Shown: positions 29,827-46,666 of the stretch, piece after piece
Numbering within the stretch: position 1 is the stretch's first letter
Layout: the number at the start of each line of letters is the position of its first letter
From: the human T2T-CHM13v2.0 reference genome, Homo sapiens
DNA: 64,000 bases
Direction: 5' to 3' (one strand)
Assembly (NCBI RefSeq): GCF_009914755.1
Contig: NC_060927.1
Made by a program: the position numbers and the translations under genes
The notes under the pieces: model-generated
What the model saw: only the letters and a program-made list of their open reading frames with translations
What the model was told of the DNA's origin: nothing
The model's database searches: none

Positions 29827-30301
29827 TGTATTAATTTGCTAGAGCTGCCTTAACAAAGTACCACAAATGATGTGGCTTAAACAACAGAAATTTATTGTCT
29901 CACTGTTCTGAAGCTAGAAGTCTGAAATCAAGGTGTCAGCAGGGTTGGTTCCTTCTGAGGGATGTGAAGGAAGGATCTGTTCCAGGTCTCTCTCCCTGGC
30001 TTGTAGATGGCTTTCTTCCTTGTCTCTCTTCACATCATCTTCCCTCTATTTGTTTTTATGTCATGGTGTCCAAATTTGTTCAAATGTCTGTTATCTGTAT
30101 TCAAATTTCCCCTTTTTATAAGGACACTAGTCATATTGGATTAGAGTCCACCCCAATCTCATTTTAACTTGATTACTTATATGGCCTTATATGGAAATAA
30201 AGACCCTATCTCCATATAAAATCACATTCTGAGGTACTGGAGGTTAGGACATCTATATATTTTGGTGGGGTGGAGGGAGGGATGCAATTCAACCTATATC
30301 A
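29827..30301 (-). mobile_element. MLT1B/C-like solo LTR
   Basis: TGTATTAATTTGCTAGAGCTGCCTTAACAAAGTACCAC...; TSD CTGGT/CTAGT. Confidence 0.85.
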
Positions 30302-31200
30302 CTAGTCTATGCAACTTAATGAAGAGCTGAGGAAAAAGCCCTTTCTCTTAACATCTAGGAAACCCTTTCAGGGATGAATCTAGAGGAGTTTGGTTCTGGG
30401 CCAACCAGGAAGGACTGGGGCCAGGGGCTGTAAGGTAGTTCAGGAAGAAGTATATGCAGAAAACTGGAGATAAAATGCTGTGTGGAATCACCAGGAGTCT
30501 TGAGGACAAAGCCAGAATCAGATGACCTGGAATCTGACCAAACTGACTCACACAGGCAAAAATCAGAATCTATGTCCTTGGCATACATCAAAGCTGCTCA
30601 GCAAGAATTGAAATGAAAAGAAGTGCAGAGGACCAAGCTGGGCACAAATGCAAGACAAATGCAAGATAGGATTATATCATCTAGGAAGTCTCAGTTTTAA
30701 GCAACAGAAACTGACTGGCTGATTTTTAATAGAAAAATGAATCAATTGAGAGGATACTGGAAATATAAGGAAACTTTTGGAGTTGAATGATACTTTTATT
30801 ATCTTGAATGATACTTTTATTATCTTGCTTGTGGTGGTGGTTTTACAGATGTAAATATAATGTATGTCACAATTTATCAAATTGGATAATTTAATATAGA
30901 ATGTATTGTATGTCCATTATATCCCAATAAAACTGCTTTTAAAAAAGATATTGGAACCATATGTTACACTGATGCTGGGAGTGTAAACTGGCACAGTCAC
31001 TTTGGAAAACTCTTTGGCAGTATATATAAAAGCTGAGCAAATGCTATATTCTATAATCTACCATTTTCACTTCTAGTTAACCACCCAATAGAAATGCATA
31101 CAAATCTTTAACAAAAATGTGTACAACAATGTTCACAGCAGCACTATTCATATTAATAAAAATGTAAACTGCCTAGATGCTCATCAGCAGTATAATGATA

Positions 31201-31776
31201 TGTATAAAGGGTTAACCCTGTAGGCCTGGGCTACTCAAACCCTGTATATTCCCAAGTTCTTCAGCAATGGCCCTTAGCCTGATTCCTGGGAAAAGGTGTC
31301 TGAGCCCTTGGACTATCGTGCCCGAAAAGAGTATCTTTTTATGCCTAATGGCTTGGGCTATGCCAGCTAGTTAGCACTAACAAAATGCCTATTTTTGTAT
31401 GCCTGAGGCTTTAGGCCTCACTGTATCCATTTGACCCTATGGGGGCTGGAGACTGAGTAGTTCAGTCTCCAATAAATATCCTGGATGCCAAGGCTTAAGT
31501 AGCTTCCCTAGTTGGCAACACTTTGCATGTGTTGCCACATACCATTGCTGAAAAAATTGAGCGCTATCTGCGTGACTCAACCAGGAGATGATAGCTAGAA
31601 ACTTGTGCCTGGTTTCTCCTGGACTCAACCCTGTGCACCTATTCCCTTTGCTGATTTTAATCTGCATCCTTTTATTGAAATAAATCTTAAGCATGAGTAT
31701 AACAGCTTTTCTGAGTTCTGTGAGTCTTCCCAACAAATCATTGAGCCTGAGGGTGGTCTTGAGAACCCCCAACACA
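31201..31776 (+). mobile_element. ERVL-type solo LTR (MER21/MER68/MER77 group) within L1ME-like fragments
   Basis: End GAGTATAACAGCTTTTCTGAGTTCTGTGAGTC...GGTCTTGAGAACCCCCAACACA; L1M-like sequence on both sides (about 30770-32160). Confidence 0.65.
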
Positions 31777-32505
31777 AATGCATAAATATTATAGTATATT
31801 TATAGAATGGAATACTTTGCTATACTAGTAAGAGTGAATGAGATACAACTAAACCAAACAACATGGATAAATTTCACAATCATAATGTTGGACATACACA
31901 ACAAATGTGGTATGATACTATTTGTATAAAGAAAAACAAGACAAGTAGAATTAATCTATGATGCTAGGAGTCAGGATTTTGGTTATCCTTGGATGGCAGA
32001 TGGTAGTGACTAGAGGGGGAATGAGGAAGCTTTTAGGATGTTGGTAATATTCTGTTTCTTTATCTGAGCACTGGTTATAAAAATGCACTGTCTGTAAAAA
32101 TTCATTTTGTAAAAAAAAATTTATGTGCGTGTTTTTCTGTATATATGCTATACTTTAACAATGCAAAATGTTAAAGGATACTGGATGGCATGCAGAATCT
32201 TTGGAAGAACAACCAGATTGCCAGGCAACACAGCTAGAAAAGTGCCCCAAATCTCACCACAGAACAGATTTAATGAAAATCGCACTTCTGCACTGCTGGG
32301 CCATTATTACTATGACCACCGAGAATGCTGCCTCTAAAGAGTGGATGGACCTGCTCTCACTGCCCTGCTGCTTCCTGTCCCTAGAATAAACTCAGTGTGG
32401 TCTCTGCTTCTTCTCTGACTTGCTTCTTTGCAGTTTCTATGATGGCAGACAAGCTCTGCCTGATTAGAAGAAATTATAGATGCTGGGTAGTCAAAAGAAT
32501 GAGAC

Positions 32506-32802
32506 GGCTGGGCGCGGTGGCTCACGCCTGTAATCCCAGCACTTTGGGAGGCTGCGGTGGGTGGATCATGAGGTCAGGAGATCGAGACCATCCTGGCTAA
32601 CACAGTGAAACCCCGTCTCTACTAAAAATACAAAAAATTAGCCGGGTGTGGTGGCGGGCACCTGTAGTCCCAGCTACTCGGGAGGCTGAGGCAGAAGAAT
32701 GGTGTGAACCTGGGAGGCGGAGCTTGCGGTGAGCCGAGATTGCGGCACTGCACTCCAGCCTGGGTGACAAAGCCAGACTGTCTCAAAAAAAATAAAAAAC
32801 AA
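32506..32802 (+). mobile_element. AluY-like
   Basis: Diagnostic GAGACCATCCTGGCTAACAC and GGAGCTTGC; TSD AAAAGAATGAGA. Confidence 0.93.
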
Positions 32803-32949
32803 AAAAGAATGAGAAAAGTCCACTAAAGTTTATTATATCTGGAGATCTAAATTTGATTTTTAAAGTATTTATTGAGCCCCAATTATATGTTGGGCAACAA
32901 GTTAGAGGCCTTTACATATATAAAAACTCTTGATCCTGAGAACTGCTCT

Positions 32950-34320
<1,371 letters not shown>

Positions 34321-36882
34321 ATTTGGAGTATTTCAGAGTTACTGGACAGATCTGGAACAGTGTTCCGGAAATTATAAATGTGTATTATCTTTTTATATCT
34401 TTTTTAGAACCACACACACTCTAGAAATATTAGGTTACATTAGAAACAGCTGGAAAGCAAAGAGACAAGTTAGGAGGGTTTTAAGGAGTACCATAGAAGT
34501 TTAGTGAACCTGAACTGGGATTGTGAAGTAACAATGGAATGTAGGAAACATTTAAGAATTAAAACTGACAGCAATTGAAGACTGTATGAGAAGGTGAAAA
34601 ATAGCACTTGCTAGGAACTGACCAATAATATCAAAATTCATTGATCTAAGAGAGAAGATAATGATTTAATTTTGTACATGCTGAATTTGAGGTACATATA
34701 GATTCTTATATTGGGAAAGATATCTGGTATTCAGATACAGGTTTGGGAGTCATTAACACATAAACGGAATGTTCCCAAGTCCTTAAGCCTTCTTATGACA
34801 TCTTTACCTGTAATATATCCAAATAAAATGGCCTGAATTTCAATTCTATGCATGTAAATGCAAGAAATCTGGGCCTACTAAGTATTCCTAGTGCAAAATG
34901 GGGAAGTCTAAGACCCAAACCTCTGAGGAAGGAGGCACTGGCCAGCTAGCACTCCTGTGTCTGAACTCAGAGGAGAGGAGGAGACTCCTGGGGGCTGGAA
35001 CCCAGATCTTTGAGGAGAGAAGACTGGTTGGGAGTGGTAGAAAAACTGCAAGCTGGATTCAGCTTCTCCTAAAAAAGTGAACTACTGCTGCTGAAGTCCA
35101 GTCCCTGAGGTGAAAAAAGTGTTGCTTGAGTGATTGTCAAGAACAGGAAGCAAAACTAAAAAAGGAATAAGTCCCCTCTTATTCCTTCACTTTCTGTTTC
35201 TTTCCATTGGCAAAGGCTAATGGGGAACAGCTGGCAAAGCAGAAAAAAAGTGTGTAGAATCCCAGCGTTGCTAAGTAGAGAACAGAATTTTGAGTCTGGA
35301 GTTGAGAAACAATAACTTAATAATTGGCATACTCCTCTTAGTGGGACACTGTCTTTTTCTGGCTCTGATAAGGAATTATGCTTCCAAGGAATGGTTGTCT
35401 TAAGTATAGCTTGATGGTCACATGGAGCTGGCTGTGCTTTCAGAAGGAAAGGTAGAGCATGAATTCTGTCATAAGTGACCCCTTGTTTTCCACAAACAAG
35501 GCGAACTGTGCATTTGAGAAGAGAGAAGCTAAGCTAGGACCACACTGAAAAGTTGGTGTCCTGTAAAATTCTTTAAAAATGTGTTCTTTAGCACTTGCAT
35601 GTTTAAAATTAGCAAAATGAAATCTTCATTCAGATGTTCTAGCCAATCTGATCCATTTTACATTTCGAATGGTAGTCTCCGCATTACATCTGCCACAATC
35701 AATTGCAAGAAGCCCAGCCACAGACTGGAAGAAACTCAAGTGGCTCTGGCAATGTTAGCTGCCAAATAAAGACACCTGTTACAAGGCTGCCTCTTTGCAA
35801 AACAAAGGAAGTAACTCCTAATAAGGACAGAAGTGTAAGAAATAATGCAGATGGAAGTTGAAAGTTGGACACCTGCTGTTAAGTGGGGGGCGGGGCAGTC
35901 AGTTTTCATATGTGACATGCCTGGTAGGAAGTCATGAAAAACACTTGGGGAAAAATTCTTGGGAAGGAGAAAACCTTGAAACACTCTTGGAAACAGACTT
36001 GTTTATGCATTTGTAGCCACGTGAATGAAGGGGACTTAACCCATGCTGTCATTTTGAGCTACTTTTCCAATTCTGCAGAACAGTGGCAATAACAGCACTT
36101 CTGTTGCCCTATCCCCCTCTTCAACCTTATATTCTTTTGGAGCTTGACAAGCTCAGAGTTTAAAACATTGTTTTCATTGTGGAGCATCTCAGAATCATAA
36201 CATGTCAGATCTAGACAGGACCTGGAGCAGGAGAAATCATAAAGAGCTAAAAGGAATTCTATAGCAATAAAAATGTTAGAACTATAAACAAAGGCTTCTG
36301 GGGAGACAGAGTAATATGTAAGTGTTTGAAAACTAATATTGAGGAAGGGAAGAGATTGTTTGGAATAGCTTAAGGAAATAACTTAAAATAATTTAAAATA
36401 AAGCAACTGTGAAGTAGAATAAGGATACATTTTAACGCTGAAGATAGATAGTAATGGAGAATTTATTCATTTTGATGAAATGTTTTACACAATTAATACA
36501 GGGCTCCTTCATCCAGGGAAATGAAGCATCATATAAATAAATTTTTAGTAGATAATATTATTCAAAATTGTATAAAGATGTTGATTCCTCACATTTAGGA
36601 AAGATAGAGCAATTTAGGTATAAACAGGTATTGTTTTAGTCATAATTAATGAGCCTAACAATGGGCTATTACTACCACCACTAGGAGCCTTCCGTCCATA
36701 TTTCCATCCTAAAACAACTTGACTCATCCAATCAACACATTGTTATACTATTCATAGGTCAACCACTGCACAAATTCTTCAGTGATCATGGATAATTAGC
36801 ATTTATTGACTACCTATTTGCTAATTAATCTTTCATAAAATTATTTTATTTTGATCTTTAAATGAAAGCTTTTTATGGCATT

Positions 36883-37208
36883 GATTATTATTATTATTAT
36901 TATTATTTTTTTTTTTTTTTGAGACAGAGTCTTGCTCTGTCACCCAGGCTGGAGTGCAGTGGTGTGATCTCAGATCTCAGCTCACCTCAATATCCACCTC
37001 CCGGATTCAAGCGATTCTCCTGTCTCAGCCTCCCGAGTTCCTGGGATTACAGGAGTGCGCCACCATGCCTGGCTAATTTTTGTATTTTTAGTAGAGATGG
37101 GTTTCACCATGTTGGCCAGGCTGGTCACGAACTCCCGACCTCAAGTGATCTGCCCACCTTGGCCTCCCAAAGTGCTGGGATTACAGGTGCTAGCCACCAC
37201 ACCTGGCC
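36883..37208 (-). mobile_element. AluS with (TTA)n tail microsatellite
   Basis: TSD TATGGCATT at 36874-36882 and 37209-37217. Confidence 0.95.
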
Positions 37209-38121
37209 TATGGCATTCGTTTAACATGCTGAGTAATGGTAGCATCAAGTACACAATATAATGGAATTTGGTTTGAGGTTATATTAAAGACCAGGAATAT
37301 ACAGGAAGGAAATGGTGACTCTCAGTATTGGGAAGCATACACTCTATGTGTCATGGGGATGAGGAGGACCTGATCACATATCTGTTACTTCAGCCACAGT
37401 AATCCAGACCTAAAATAGCTCATTAGTCACAACAGTTTTTAAATAGAAAGAATGACATCAAAAAAACTTGTTGGTTGGTGTGCTTTTCAGCTTAGTTCAC
37501 GTTCTAAGCACATATATTAAATACCTACAGTGCAGCAGGCACTCTGCAGGGAGAAGGAAGCAGGTACAAAACAGCTGTCAAGGCAGTGATGCATAATGGC
37601 TAAGAATTTAGGATTTGGAGTAAAATAGAGATGGTTGGAATCTTAAGTGGGTCACTAACTTGCTATGTGCTCTCAGGCAAGTAACTTGACTTCTTTAAGC
37701 CTTATTTCTACTTCACAGGATGCAGATCCAAGCAAAACTCAAAACACAGTGTTCAACACAGAGTAAGCATCAACAAATGATTATTAATAATATCAAATAT
37801 GAATATTTAATAATATTTAGTAATAATTTAGTTACTTGAGCCCTGGGAGCTTGCAATCTTGTTTGAATACAGAAGTTGGAATACCTCTTTATAAAGTGAA
37901 CAGTATTATAATGGAGGTTGAAATAAAATACAGGGAGAGGCATTCGTTTCTAGCAGGAGAGTTGAAGAGATTGGGGAAAGTTTTACAAACGATGTAACAT
38001 ATTAACTATTAAGAAAAGTTAATTTCTAAATAGTAGATTGTCTTCTAAGTAATCTATAAGTTTGTACCTGTGATGATAACACAGGAATAGACATGCAGAG
38101 CATCTGAAAATAGATTCAAGT

Positions 38122-38420
38122 TGTTATGGACTGAATTGTTTCCCTCCCTAAATTTATGTGTTGAGGTCATAAACTGCTGTACCTCAGAATGTGATGTTAT
38201 TTGGAGATAGGGTTTTTATTTGGAGATAGGAAGACCATGTGAATATACAAGGTGAAGATGGTCATCTAGAAGCCAAAGAGAGAGGCCTCAGAAGAAACCA
38301 ATCCTGCCAACACCTTGATCTCAGGCTGCTAGCCTCCAGATTTATGAGACAAAAAATTTCTATTGTTTAAGCCACTCAGTCTGCAGCACTTTGTTATGTC
38401 AGACCTGGCAAACTAATACA
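38122..38420 (+). mobile_element. MLT1B-like solo LTR, internally deleted
   Basis: TGTTATGGACTGAATTG...ACCTCAGAATGTGA...CTTTGTTATG...AAACTAATACA. Confidence 0.85.
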
Positions 38421-38529
38421 CAGTATATACTAGAAATGAATAAATGATAAATGTGGAATTATAATTCTGTGGAGAATGAATATATGGGGCTAGGAACATC
38501 ACCTATCCATTTGCAAGAAAGTAGAATAG

Positions 38530-38880
<351 letters not shown>

Positions 38881-38963
38881 TCATTTCATATACAAAAATA
38901 CATTTTAAATGGTGTTAAATATCTAAATGTAAAAGACAAAGCATATTAGAAAACATGGAGAAA

Positions 38964-39272
<309 letters not shown>

Positions 39273-39846
39273 GAAAGATAAATATTTTATAACATCAGGG
39301 TCAGGGAAATCTTTCTTAGCAAGTCAGTTAAACCCAGGAACCAAACACTGGTAAACTGGACATGCATTAAGGGTGGTAGCAGCCCTGTGGCTGACAGGAT
39401 AACTTTGAGCCAGGTGCCTAATGCTGCAATGAATGAAGAGCCTGCCAGGGAAAGAGAACACTCTAAACAACTGTCAGGCCCAGAGAGAATGAGGCCAACT
39501 TACAACAGCACCAGCCAAGTGAGAGCTTTCTATTCACAGTGTCTCTCCTTCCAACCCCTGCCTTTGCCCTGGCAGCTTCAGAAATCTCAGTGAGCAAGCT
39601 AGGAGAGGAGGAGAAATGCGAGAGTGAGACCACTCCTCTCTGTTCTGCTGAAAGTAGTCAGTGCTCAGTAGGTTTCAGCTAAAGTGAAGTGAGAAGGTCA
39701 ATCATGTTGAAAATATTTTCTTCGACTAGGCTATATCAAATTGAGACTTGCTTAGGATGAAATTATTGTAGGATTTTCTAGTTCCTTTGAGTAACTAAAA
39801 AAGTCATGCAGCCTGCTCCAAAATTTACTCATATACAGAGGAAGGT

Positions 39847-39847
<1 letters not shown>

Positions 39848-39893
<46 letters not shown>
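39848..39893. repeat. (CA)23 microsatellite
   Basis: Perfect dinucleotide run. Confidence 0.97.
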
Positions 39894-39896
<3 letters not shown>

Positions 39897-41701
39897 CATA
39901 TATAAAGGGATAGTAGGAGTAGAAAATAATTTCTTTTTATAATATCACCCCATGACTTCCCTGTGTTCAGTGAAGAACTTACACACAGAAAGAACTTACC
40001 TAGTGAGAAAAAAAAATCAGGGGGAACCTATTCTAGATAGAAAAGTATGGAAACCCCCTCCAAGCAGGTATGATTTAAGCTGAGGCCTAAAGAATGAAAA
40101 AGAAGGCAGCTGCATACAGGGAGAAGGATTGCTATTTTTTAAAGGTACAAACTCAAAGAGCCAAGAGAACAGGAGTGAAAATAAACGCCAATCTTCCGCA
40201 AAGAAATTTCTATCCTCTCCTTAATGGAGTAAGAAGGGGTCTGGTCAAAATGCTTCTTAACAATTGCCAACCAACCACCTTGTTTCTGCCCCCATTTCCA
40301 GAATTACTTGGTCTGCCAATTCTGGAGCCTTTGGGGAATTCTGTAGTGCAAATTGGGTTTCTTCTCTGTGTTCCTTGCTGTTGCCTTAACCTTCAGCTCA
40401 TTTGTTAAGTGAGTTACCACTTGTTCTTCTGTTCCCTGGCTTCCACATTGTTACCATCTGTGCTAAGTGTTGGGGACAAAATGGTGACTGAGATGAACAA
40501 GATTCCTGCCCTCATGGAGCTTATGTTCCAGTAGAGGAGACCAAAAAAAAAAAAGAGTAAACAAATGAATTTAAAAATAGCAAACTGTCATGAGTATTAA
40601 TGGAAGAAACTCACGCAATTAAAATTGGAGTTTAAACTAAGCCTCTGAGAGAGTGTTGATTTTGCATTCCAAAACAGGTACTGGACTCTTGCTAATTAAA
40701 GTAAGGTACACGGAAACAGAACATCAACATCATCCTAGAACTTGTTAGAAATGCAGAATCTGGGGCTCCATCCCAGACCTTCCAGGTAATTCATATGCAC
40801 ATGAAAGATTGAGAAGCATTATAGTAAAACCATATTTTTAGTTTTCATATAGAATTATCAGTAGCATGCCCACCAATTTGAAATTACCCCATTTTCCTTA
40901 AAAGGAAAAGCCTCTTTCCTCTTCTTCTGGGTTGGTGCTAGGCCTCCCAGAGGAGCAAATCATGACTGCTGGGGAGAAGAAGGCAACACAGCTTCAAAGA
41001 CCTGCCCCAAATCCATCAAAAACAGTAAGTTTGCTGGGAGATTTGAATGTTTCTGTTAAAGGAATAATTTGCAATTCCATCCTGAGTGGGAATTCTCAAG
41101 ACTGGATGAAAGAAGATAGAGTTAGAGGATTCATCCCAAACCATGGGCATGTTGGAGACAAAGATGAGCAGGTTGTACTTGGCGATGGGTTTGAGAAAGG
41201 ATGTGATTTGGGAGATTCTTGGTGGTAAGGGGGTTCCCTGTTTCAGGTTTAGGATCCCTCCATCCCAACTTGAAAAGGATGAGAAGCTAGTGGCAGAAGA
41301 GGGAGAAGAGGGGGCATTGGGTAGAGCTGGCTCTATTTTTTGGTCCTGGGCCTAAAGCAAGAGTTGATTTCCCTGAACTAAGGCTACTAATAGCACCACT
41401 GTACCTTGACAAGAGAAAATGAGTGAGAGAGAATGTGGGAGCAGTCAGATATCAAGTCAAGATATCACCTGATGAGAGGCCCATGTGAAGACTGATATGC
41501 AGGAATTTCCTTATGGGAAAGTGGCTGCAAAAAAAGAGATGGGCACTGGCCTGAGGAAAACCACCCCTACTGGGGAAGTGTATTTTAAATTGTGGGCCTG
41601 CTGGAAGCTCTCAAAGTGCTTTAGCAAACAGGGCATCTATCTTTCAAACTCCACCTGGGAAATCCCTCTACAGCCATGTCCCTACCTGATAGCTCCCAAA
41701 C

Positions 41702-41876
41702 CAGTGGCTCTCAAAGTGAGGTTCCCAGCAGCATCAGCATCACTGGAGAAGTTGTTAAAAAAGCAAAATCTCTGCTCCTCCCGCAAGACCTACAGAATTA
41801 GAAAGTCTGAGGGTGGGGCCCAGCCACCTGTGCTTTAACAAGCCCTCCAGATGATTCAAATGTATGTTCAAGTTTG
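41702..41876. mobile_element. MER5A (hAT-Charlie)
   Basis: CAGTGGCTCTCAAAGTG...GCAGCATCAGCATCAC...TTTAACAAGCCCTCCAGATGATTC. Confidence 0.85.
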
Positions 41877-43050
41877 GCCTAAACTATGCAGAAAATGTCT
41901 TTTTTTCTTCAGTGGAGGACAAGTGTCTCATGAGCGTGGAAATATTGTTAAATTTGAGAAATTAATACTTGAAACCGAAGAGCAAAAGGCATAAAAGTTG
42001 CACAGTTTATAGAGCAATTAGAAACATCAAAGTTGCTGAATGATGGTTGTAATGGGAATATAGAGGGATTTTTGAAAGTGAATTTTGGGAAAGTAAAAAT
42101 ACACCATCTGCAGATGTAGGATAATTATTCCCTATGTGGTAAGGGCACTAAGAAAATGTCCTGTGAAGTAGCAGAAGTGCTTTAATCATGCAACAAGGTG
42201 GAATCTGGTGCTGCATAAACTTGCCCTGATGAGCAATATTAAATGCCTCCCATTCCTCTCTTGATTGTATTTGATGCTGTCCTTAGGGGAGTGTAAGACT
42301 GGACCAGTATCTACAGATCTAGTGGGATGAGAGTGATTTCTCAGTAGAATTCATAATAATAAATGATTTCTGTTTTCTGAGCTAGCAGCTTCTCCATCAT
42401 CCTAACTGCCGACCCTTCACTCTGTATCCAGGCTGGATTAATTCCCAGAGAATGGAGTCATTTTCCTGATGGGAACTCTTAGCACTGATTGGAAGGAGGA
42501 GATTAGTGGGCTTTTCATTTTTGTCCTGATGCAATTTGAAAATCTCATCAATTCAAAGGTATCCTGGAGACACTGTTTCTCAATTCTTGTTTCATGTTTC
42601 TCAACCTGTATTTAACCCTTGGATCCAATTCTTTCTTCTTTGTCATTCTCTTTCAATGAATATGCATTGGTATATGTTAACTTAACACCTACTGTGTGCA
42701 ATGCACAGTGCTAGATGACTTCACAAACCTACATTTTCATCCTATCTTCTTTAACATTTGAAAAAGAATAAACTGTAAAATATCTTTCTGCTCACTCCTT
42801 TACCACTATTTTTCCTGGTGTTGGCTTTGCCTCATTATGTTGCTTTTCAAGTGAAGAATTTGGGATTCCCCATACTTTAAGCCATTTGCAAAAAAGCAGA
42901 TTATTATTAGAAAGCACAGAGAACACACAAATATCCTTTCATTGTGGGATTACAGCCTTAACCTATGACTTTCCTGGATTCATGGTTTCTGTTAGTTATT
43001 TTTCTATCGAGGACGAGGGGTGGGAGTGAGTTCTGCAAAATAACAGATAA

Positions 43051-43365
<315 letters not shown>

Positions 43366-43923
43366 TGCTTCCACTCTTTATTGTGCTACTTTGCAGAGGG
43401 CAAAATATACCTCATATACTTGTGGAAGAAACACTGGGCCCTTCAGTCCTTGCAGATATAGATTGTAGCCACCAGGACTCTGGTCAGCTGTCTTTCATCA
43501 AGGCACCTGAGCCACAGGGGCAATAAAAAATGGCACGCCTTAAAAAAAAAAAAAAAAAAAAAGGGCACTTCTCCAAGCTGTGATGGCAGAGATGTCCATA
43601 CTGTAAACTTAAGGAGACTATGCCTACCACCTGAGAAACAGGGTGCATAAATTCCCACATTCATATTTTATTAAATATAGACGGACCATTGAAACCTATG
43701 TCAAACAGAAACTGAGATTGTAGTAGTTTTCAAAAATTGGGAAGCAGAATATCTGTATCTACAAATACAGCTTCTTTTTAGCATCACCAGAATCATTTCA
43801 TAAAGGAATCTTTAAGAGGTAGGTAATGATATGAACATTATTTATAGAGAATTCAGGACAGGAGGTTGTATGATTGTTTGAGAAGACGTACTTGCTCTCC
43901 AATCGTAGTCTGCAAATTCCTAG

Positions 43924-44302
<379 letters not shown>

Positions 44303-46666
44303 TGAGAATTCATTTCTGGGAGTGGGTTAAGTGGTTCTGCAGTATACAGGTTGGATACAGATACTGGAGTCAGGTTTACCTGGTTAGAATCCCCTTCGCC
44401 TCTGTTTTTGCAGCTGTGCGACCTCAGCAAATTGTTACCTTCTCTGAGCTTTAGTTTACCCATATGTTACTGTAGGATTACCTGTGATAATACATGTAAA
44501 GACTTTAGCACATCACCTGGCCAAAGGGCCCAATTAGTATTAGATACGATTTATATTCGTTATCAATTAAATTCCTAAAGGAATTTTAATTGAATTTGTT
44601 TCACCCATTTTTCTTTTTTGTGCTTAATCTAATAGAACAGTTTTTGTTTGGGGATGCTGCATTTCTCCCTCCCCATTTCTTTTCATCACTCACCTCAGCC
44701 CCAGAAAAAGTGATCCTGAAACAACTGTGGAAATGAAGTCTGCTTTGTGTTCGTCTGTTGGGAAAAGATTGGATCACCAGTCATGCTGTGGTTGTTTAGC
44801 AGGCTGCTGGCTTCTGCCCACAATAAAGAGGCATCTCTGAAGGTTCTGATATTTTTAAAAAGAGAAGCAAAAGGGCAGTTAGTGGATCTCAAGGGTTCGT
44901 ATGAACGACACATTTCCCTGCCCCCACAATCCCTAGGGCTGCCTCTCTTTCCAGGGCTTCAAGTTGGCCCAGGGTATCTGGCTTTCTATACTTCTTGTTT
45001 TTCTGGGTCATGAACTGGCAGGGAGCATGCAGCACTGTGCCCTTAGCATTCAGGTGTTTCACAAGCACACTGCTTCTCTCTTGCCCTCATTAGAGTCAGC
45101 TGTCTCCAGCATACAGAGAAGGACGTGCAGAGCCTCTGTATGCATGTAGCATGGTGCACCTGGAGAGGTGACAGAAGGGCAGGGCCTCCTCCTAGGAGCC
45201 AGCTCCAGTAGCAATATGTAAATGACTTCTTGGAATTGCCAGGCTGGTCCTGGTGAGTCTGGAAGATCACCTTGCTAGTGGGCCCAATGCCAACCTGACA
45301 GATGGCCTGGGCTGCTTGCAGCACAACCAGGTTTAGGCCATCAAGTGTGTTCCCTGAAGGCAGGTGACCCATCCAGGAGTGTCAGGGAGGCTGTCCAGGG
45401 GGACAACTAAGGCTGCAATGTAATTTCCCCAGCTCTGCCTACCTCCTCTTCCCCGCAACTTGCAGTGCTCTCTAGGAAGAGGGAAAAACCAGGGCTTGCT
45501 TTCACCCTTAAAGAAAACTCTGGGTCACATAATTTTTGTTGATGTCCAGTCTGTTTTCTACATGACAGCCCCTCACAGAAGTGACCAAATGTTTCCATCA
45601 AAGGAACCAGCTACTGTAAAGTTTAAAAGGATAATAAAATAGTAATGTCTATTTGGGGCCCTAGTTTAGAAAAACCCTGTGATCTCTATAAAGTATTAAG
45701 AAAATATTGAACTTTCAAATTTTATGATTTCATGTCCTCTAAGACCACAGACCTCTTGGCATTATTTTTCTTTTGTTCTTTTTTTTTTAAGCATGAATCT
45801 TTTTTTTAATAAGAGTTAGAAAGTAAACATAAAACATTTTCTCTCACTTACATTCATAGTTTTTAAAAGCCTAGGGAAAGTTAATGTTTCTGAATTCAGC
45901 CTGTGGATTTGAGATAAGGATTCAAGGAGAGAAGGCTTTTAACTCAGAACAGAATCTGTTTGCAGCTATTGTTCAATTAATGTAAAGTATCTGGTTACTG
46001 GGCATGTTGCATAATGCATCACAGTGCAAGCCAAACGTTTTCAGTGCTGACAACGAGCTCCTTGATAACAATGAAGAGTGAGGTAATTTGTTAAATTTTT
46101 TTGGAAGTCCCCTATAACAGTCTTCTCAAGACTGAATGAATCAACACTTTCCAGCTCAGACCGCAACTGAGCTGTGTGTCTGTGTGTGCGCATGATGATA
46201 AGAAATCTAGAAGGAAACTGGGAAAACCACATCTCATGCCCTGTTTAAGAACTAGAAAAAGTGTCAGAAGAATTAAAATTAAGCCTCACGAGAGTCTGTG
46301 GGTATGGAAAGTCACCAGCTAGCTAATATTAACATAGCTTGCAACAGAACACTGTTGCTAGAAATAGGACAGTCGCATCACTACCACTAAGCAATTTGCA
46401 TTCTGTGGACCAGCCCCTGAATTCCTATTGCCCTTTGGGCATTGCATTTCTGGACGCTTCTAGACAGTGTTCATACTTGGCTGTCTGGTTTCACCAGGAA
46501 CTCTACCCAAAAGAGGAAACAGCAAGGAGAACATTTGCTTTGTTTGTAGGAGGGAAGTGGTCGAGCTACAAACAAATCTTTAGGCATCTGAGGAATTGCT
46601 AAGTTTCTAATTTCATATGGTTGCTGACAAGGAGGTGCAGACAAGGACCCTCTTGCTTTCCTCACT

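Noticed and set aside
30783-30824. 21-bp tandem duplication TTGAATGATACTTTTATTATC x2
   Set aside because: Common slippage event within an old L1 fragment.
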